Shown piece by piece: positions 57,781 through 64,000 of a stretch of 64,000 nt of DNA. Numbering within the stretch: the first letter of the stretch is position 1; each line of letters opens with the position of its first letter. The notes below the pieces were generated by a model. It saw nothing but the letters and a program-made list of their open reading frames with translations, did not search any database and was not told the origin of the DNA. Origin of the DNA: Camelus ferus (taxonomy: Eukaryota); contig NC_045696.1 of the NCBI RefSeq assembly GCF_009834535.1, positions 89,778,001-89,842,000 of the forward strand, in the 5' to 3' direction. Both the position numbers and the translations under genes were made by a program.

Positions 57781-60700
57781 TGAGGATGAGAACAGATCTC
57801 TCCTGCTGTCTCCACATTTCTCCTCACATTTCATTTCTTCTTCCCATCCCACCTTTTCCCCAGGATACTAGGCAGCTTTTCTTGTTGTCATCTCTTTGGG
57901 ATCAACACCAGCCCTATGGCAGCCATACTCTGAGTTACAGAAGTAATGTAACCCCCAGTAAATGCTAAGAAAAAAGCCTATAGTTCCTTGGGTACACAGT
58001 GGGATATACCCACTAATAGAGGACTATCAATGCACTATTTTGAAGTCAACTTGAGTCTTCCAAATCATATGAAAGCCCTAAGTATCTGTTGGGGGAATTA
58101 AAACTAATTATTTCCAGTAATTACAAATTATATCACTCCATTTTATGCATGGATAGTTAAAAAGCCACCACAGGCTATAAAATCATTGGCTAATGAAAAG
58201 AACATCCTAAGGTTTTGATTTATTGCCCCTGCTATCAGAGACGACCACAGCCACCGTTACAAATGTGTAAACAACCTCAATGAAGGTTTAATGTGCTTTT
58301 ATCACAAGCCTCCATTGTCTGCTGCCCGTGAGATGAAGCTTTGTGCTCCTGTGCGTTGTGTAATTAAAATCCTTTCACTCAAAAGAGAAGCAGAGACAGT
58401 TATCCACTAATTTATGAAAGAAACAGGAAGAATCTTATATTACTAGCAAGAGCAGCAGTAGGAATTTTGATTTAGGTGTGGACATTATTAATTGCCTCTG
58501 CGACTTTAGAGGCAGCCTTCTCAGATATAAAGCCTTCAGAAGAGACTGTGTCTAGGTGATAATAACAGATGATGGTGAACAGATCCAGCTTCCAGACCTG
58601 CTTTCAATTACCTGCCTTCCTGCCTGAGAGAGCTCAGAGGTTTCCTGGGAGGGCTGTACCAGGAGTTCAAAGAGTACCGTGGAAGCCTGACATAAAAACA
58701 AGGTTGTGCTCATAAGCCCCATGACCTGACACTAATTAGGGCAATCACACAACAGAAAGATGCAAATTCAGTACCTTTTCCTCCTCAGAGAAGCTTGGTC
58801 TGTGAGATTGTTCAAAAGATGTAACAATTCCCAAATATTTTGAAAGTTAAAACCAAACAAACAGAAACCACCATCCCAGGAGTCAATGACCTGTTTGATA
58901 CAGTATTTCCAGGAAAGGTTTCCTGAAAATCAGCAACCTCCCCTCGGGAAGAATGATGCTTTTTATTCAAAGACCTCTACCTGCCACCTTACTGTAGTGG
59001 GAACTGATTGCCTTGTGTGGCAAAGCTCAGCAAACCCCAGCTCTCCAGAGTGATTACTGACGACACACAAACACTGAGGTTAACCTTACACACTGTCTGG
59101 GCTGCCCCCTCAACACTACAGGTTTGGTGAGAAGAATGCAGAGGCGCAGGGCTGCTGATGCAGGTTTTTCAGCTTCAAATCATGGACGAAAATAGTTTTG
59201 CCTTTGAAGAGTTTTCATTGTTAGGAATGGATCCTGCTTTCAAAGGGAGAATGTTACAGTCATTGATTCTGCCTTCCTAAGCTCTTAACCATTCCTGAAA
59301 CCCAGCCCTGGTCTCTGGCTCCATACTTCAGCTCGCCTGACAGAGCCTCGCAGCAACTGACCAAAGACGGTGACCGATTAAGAGGGCAGACGATGCAATA
59401 CGAGTTCATCTTGCGCGAGTCTGGACGGCCGTGGTCATTCCTATCATTCCTCTCCTCTACTGTCTTTGTGGTTCATACAGCCCCTCCTGGGGTTTATAAA
59501 TTCTAAGTCAGTGAGCTTTCTCCTAGGAAGCAGACTTGTTAATAATACACTTTTTTTTTTAAAGTGTTTCACTACCACAAGATGATGAAAGGCTAAAAAC
59601 ACAGAATTAATTTTGCATTATATAGTTCCAGATGAAAAAATAAAAACTGCTCCAATGTAGATGACTCATTAGCCCCAGGAGAGGTATTGTTCTTCAGTTA
59701 CTTAAAAACCACTCACTTCCTCGAGTTACTCAGCCTCTCAAATGACTACCAAAAAAATAGATGGCTGAGACGCAGCTGACAGCCCACACCTGAACAAAGC
59801 AATAGATTGCCTAGTTTTCCTATTTAACTGTATTATCCCATGTTTATAGGGGATGAGTCTGTAGGATACAACAAACCACCTGCAAAAGAAAAAGGTAAGC
59901 AGGCCCAGTTCTGGACCAAAGTAAAACCTGTGAAACCCAGGATCTGACCACCAAGAAAGAACTTGGGAGAAAGTACTTCAGACATAATGTTCTTTGGTGA
60001 ATGAGGACCAGGATCAGACACTGGGCTCTTAGGTGACAAGCTAAAGTCACCAAGTTTGTCTTGGCTGGAAACCAGGCAAGTTAGCAGGAGTACAGAGCAA
60101 GTGGGCTGGTTGTGTCAGTGGAAGTGCTTGGCTTTCAGAAGTATTCATGCTACTCTCCACAATCCCGCAGAACAATTAGTTAATCTACCTCCAGCCCCCA
60201 GCAATCAAGTCTACTTTCTGGGCCAAAAGAATTAAGGAATTGAAAAAGAATAAAGTGAAAATTAAAAAGTTCAGCCACCTTTGAAAATTCAACTTCGGCA
60301 TTACAATGGAGTAGTTAGCCTGTGAAGAGAAAGTATAAGCTCATAAAATTAATCAGATACCACACCTGAAAACTATTAATAGTACGGTTCAAAAAACAGC
60401 CTTTACAAAAGCCTGTGCTTTTCTGACGTCTTCAACGGTGTACCCTTCTCACTGAGCATTTTCAACATGGGGTCTAAAATTAGGGCTACTGACGCAGAGA
60501 CAGAGGTGCCCAGGCCCGTCAGCAGCGGTGCACTGGCCCATGGGTGGAACAAGACCAAGAGCCACAACGTGTTCACAGGCACAGACCTAGACAGGCACAG
60601 AGAGGGAGACACGTAGGACAAGTCACTGGAGAAGGGCAGGCAAGGAGAGAAAGAACGTCCAGCCAAGAGTATGAAGCCAAGTACCCGGGTAAGATGAAAG

Positions 60701-61867
60701 AAAATGGCAGGTGCCCATTCAGGAGATGCTGAGGTTCAAAGTAAGGGCTTTTTCAAAGCCTAGTTACCAGACCTGGGGTCCAAACTCAGAACCCATATGA
60801 AGTGATATTTAGTCTGTGCTAAATCAAGGGTCCTTAAATTGTTTTCTACTTAGGAACCAATTGGTTCCAGGATAAGGGGTAGAGCTGAAACGTTTCTTGG
60901 GGAGTCAGATGGTCACAGTTATTGGCAAAGAGGGCTCTTCCATCAGGAGACAAGCATGGTTATGCCAGGATGGTAAGCTCCCAGCACAGAACTGGCCTTG
61001 AAACATGATTTCTTTACAAAGTCCCTGATGTTATGGTCATCTGTCTCTTTCTCACGAAGATTGCATAAAGCACGTAAAGTTGCAGTGTCTCCTAGACAGT
61101 GAAATATTGCCTGCTTTTTGCATAAATAACTAGTGAATTACAACTGAAGGATACAGTAGCCTTTGTCTAATACATTTTTGCATCCTCCAAAAAAACCGTT
61201 TTCTCTGTTACTTAACAGGGCATTTTGACTTTTCAGCACCTTTCTAGGCATTATTTATGTTTTATATACAACACAGCAATACTACAGGCACTGCTCCTCT
61301 GGCTGTCTAATGATACATTAGTTGATTTATGGATCAAAAGCAAATAATCAATATCATTTCTAGAATTCACATTAGGCTATTTTGGAAAAGGTTCACTCAA
61401 AAGTTTGTAAGTGCTTTTTCAACATTATTGGGAGCCAGCGCATTTTTAGACATGAGACCAGGTCCAATTTCCTCCAAACGTTTCTTAATGCCTACTTTCA
61501 AAATCCTTTGTCAGGGGCCCCTGTCTACCTCTCTACCTCTGCTTCTCCCAGTCCCACAACCCAGCCTAGTTTTACATATACCCAACTAGTAACATTTTAC
61601 CAAACAAGATAAGCTATTTCAAATACTGTATTCTTTACCTGGAATTTTCTCCCCTGACTAAAGTTTCTCTCCTGCTTATATATGAAGATTCAGAGCAACC
61701 CTCATCTCCTGCTGCAGTCTCCTGTGACCCTCCCAGGATCATCTGGGCATCTTGCCTGGATGCTGCCAAAGCAGCCCGTGTTTATGACTGTCATCTGCCA
61801 TTGTTTGTTCATTTATCAGTCTTCCTAAAACATGAGCTCCTGAGGGCACTCATTCTATCTTCTATTT

Positions 61868-62198
61868 CAATGTCATCCAATGGAAATATAATGGGAGCCA
61901 TATATGTAGTTAAAAATTTTCTAGTAGTCATATTATGAATGGTAAAAGGAAACAAGTAATATTAATTTTAATAATATTTTATATAACCAATATATCTAAA
62001 ATGTTATTTTTTCAACATGTAACCAATATAAAAAACTATGAATGAAGACTTCCACATTTTTTTTTATCATAGTAAATCTTCCAAATCCAGTGTGTATTTT
62101 ATATTTAGAGCATGCATCACAATTGTGTTTGAACCAGCCACTGTCAAAGAGTTCAATAGCCAACACATGGCTAATGGTCACCATATTGGACTACATAG
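61868..62198. mobile_element. MER33-type hAT-Charlie element inserted in an L2 3' end (~61620-62270)
   Basis: tccaatggaaatataatgggagccatatatg...aaattttctagtagtca...caatagcc...catggctaatggtcaccatattggac, ~330 bp. Confidence 0.85.
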
Positions 62199-63087
62199 CT
62201 CTATGCCATCGCTCCTGGTGCAATGTCTGCAACCCAAAAGGTACTCAATAAATGTTGCTGACAAATGAGTCTCAGTCACAAGCAGCATTAATTATTGCAT
62301 CTTTAATGCCATAGGGTTGAAAGTTCCATGTAAGGTCATTATGATAAATAATTTTGAAATTAAATCTTTCTATAACCTCTGGATTCTTAATAATTCCTTA
62401 ATACATGGATTGAGGCAGTTAGTCATGTCTCATCATAAGTAACAGTATGACCAATAACCTTATTGTAGGTCAGTTTGCTCCTTCTCTTCTTAGGAAGAGA
62501 TAGCTTTTCCTAAAATTAATCTTTTTTCTTAGGACCCACAGATTCCCATAAGACCCAGAGATATGAATGCTTCTTTGACTTTACTTTGCTCATTTTAAAA
62601 TTTTCATTAATTAATTACTTTATTTATTGCTCATTTTTTAAAAAGTGTCTTCTGTCAAATCGATTGCTTGGCCATCACCCTGCTTACTTCCTGCACCTTT
62701 CTGTTTCTCTGTGTTTGCTCTGTTTTCAGCTTCCCAAACATTGCAGAGCTGGGAGCAAGAACACAAATGGAGACCCACCTAATACACATCTAAATACTTA
62801 AAATTATAAGCCAAGTAAACAAACTGTTAAATAAAATATATTCATTCTTTCACTACTGACAAACGCACACTGAAAATACCAAAATTCAAAATATGCATGG
62901 ATAGCTATAGTTTTTGTATGTTCTACTAATGGGCCAGTGACGTTTAGAAGAGTAATAAAATTAAAAATATATGATTGATAAGTTGTTTATTTAAAATATA
63001 AATAAGTTATTTTGCTTGAAGATAACTATGCTATTATAATCAAGTTCTTCACATAATTTGTGTTCTACTGAAAGTAATGATTAAAAG

Positions 63088-63412
63088 CAGGAGTTCGCAT
63101 ACTTTTTCTGTAAAAGACAAATGGAAATATTTTCAGCATTGTGGGGCATTCAGTCTCTGTTGCCACTACTCAACTCTGCTATTGTCATGGGAGAGCGGCC
63201 ATAAGCAGCACTTAAACAGATGAGTGAGTGTGTTCCAATGAAGTTTTACTTATGGACATTAAAGTCAGAATTTCATATAATTATTATATGCCACAAATAT
63301 TACTGTTCTTTTGAGTTTTTTCAACAACTTAAAGATGTAAATACATTCTTAGCATGCAGACCACAAAAACAGGTGCAGATCTGGTCTGCAGGGCAGAGTC
63401 TGCTGACTCCTG
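63088..63412 (+). mobile_element. MER58B-type hAT-Charlie element
   Basis: TIRs caggagtt...gactcctg. Internal gtctctgttgccactactcaactctgc...tgtgttccaatgaagttttac. 8-bp flanks attaaaag / atttaaat. Confidence 0.88.
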
Positions 63413-64000
63413 ATTTAAATGATTAAAAGCCAAAATCCAATGATTTCAAGGTGTACAAAGTTTGAGTCCGTTATAAAAAATGTAAATTAAAATAAAATAA
63501 AATAAAAATACAAAAATAAGTCATTTTTCGTGTGTTCTAAAAAGTTATTTGCATTCTAAACTATTAAAAATTGACTACTAAAATAAAAAGACAAAATACA
63601 CATTTCAATCACTAACTATAAAAATTTTAAATCAAAATTATTTAAAGATTTCAGAAATTCTCAATCAGCCCCCATAATTCTTAGATTTTTTTAATGCCAG
63701 TGCCAAGTAGGGTCCATTTTCAGTTTTAATTTGAAATGGAAGGTCTTTATTTTAAGCACCTTCTGTTCACTTGCCAATTCTAATTAACAATTTGTGCACT
63801 TGAGAAATATAGCATGCCTTATTTTAAGACTAATTTTTTTCAGTGCCCTACTTAATTTGTACTCAGCCTGAGAAATTAGAGATAACAGTTTTTAATTACT
63901 GAAAAACAGATTTTAAAATGCTTTGGCATGCAAAACTTTCATATATTCTTTGACAGATATTCTCTGGTCAATATGAATATCTCAATTTTGATTATCTATT

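Noticed and set aside
62730..62815. Strong plus acceptor after a long pyrimidine tract
   Set aside because: Stops in all frames and only a weak donor (gtaaac).
2482..63426. The ~150 short ORFs of the six-frame track as protein-coding genes
   Set aside because: All are 60-174 aa, many start at non-ATG codons or lie in MIR/L2/L1/LTR sequence, and none shows a recognisable domain except the L1 ORF2 remnants. This is the expected background for mammalian non-coding DNA.
63076..63430. 13-bp direct repeat aatgattaaaagc on both sides of MER58B as an unusually long TSD
   Set aside because: The right copy is offset from the TIR, and normal 8-bp hAT flanks are already present. It is probably a chance or small local duplication in AT-rich DNA.
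1..64000. CRISPR arrays, operons, rRNA, snRNA/snoRNA genes, NUMT or non-retroviral viral insertions
   Set aside because: The sequence is mammalian nuclear DNA. I recognised no repeat-spacer arrays, long ORFs or matches to these RNA classes by eye; a covariance-model scan would be needed to exclude diverged copies.

Overview
AT-rich, CpG-depleted placental-mammal genomic DNA that looks intronic or intergenic. The younger L1 3' ends resemble cetartiodactyl (probably camelid) L1 families. I saw no Alu, B1/B2, Bov-tA, PRE-1 or Can-SINE copies. The window is dominated by interspersed repeats: many MIR and L2 relics, old L1M fragments, several L1 3' ends with readable target-site duplications (TSDs), ERV1/ERVL/MaLR solo LTRs and hAT MITEs. 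I could not identify a host protein-coding gene. The only ORF-track entries I recognise are L1 ORF2 remnants. Most notable: a 5'-half tRNA-Lys(CTT) tailless retropseudogene, a two-subfamily L1 composite inside one TSD pair, a 5'-inverted (twin-primed) L1, a ~35-bp inverted duplication around a (GT)n, several candidate minus-strand micro-exons in unique sequence, a perfect IR-1 nuclear-receptor element and enhancer-like repeat-poor blocks. Repeat family names come from recalled consensus sequences, and most boundaries without TSDs are approximate (tens of bp). I found no convincing evidence for a wholly new biological system.
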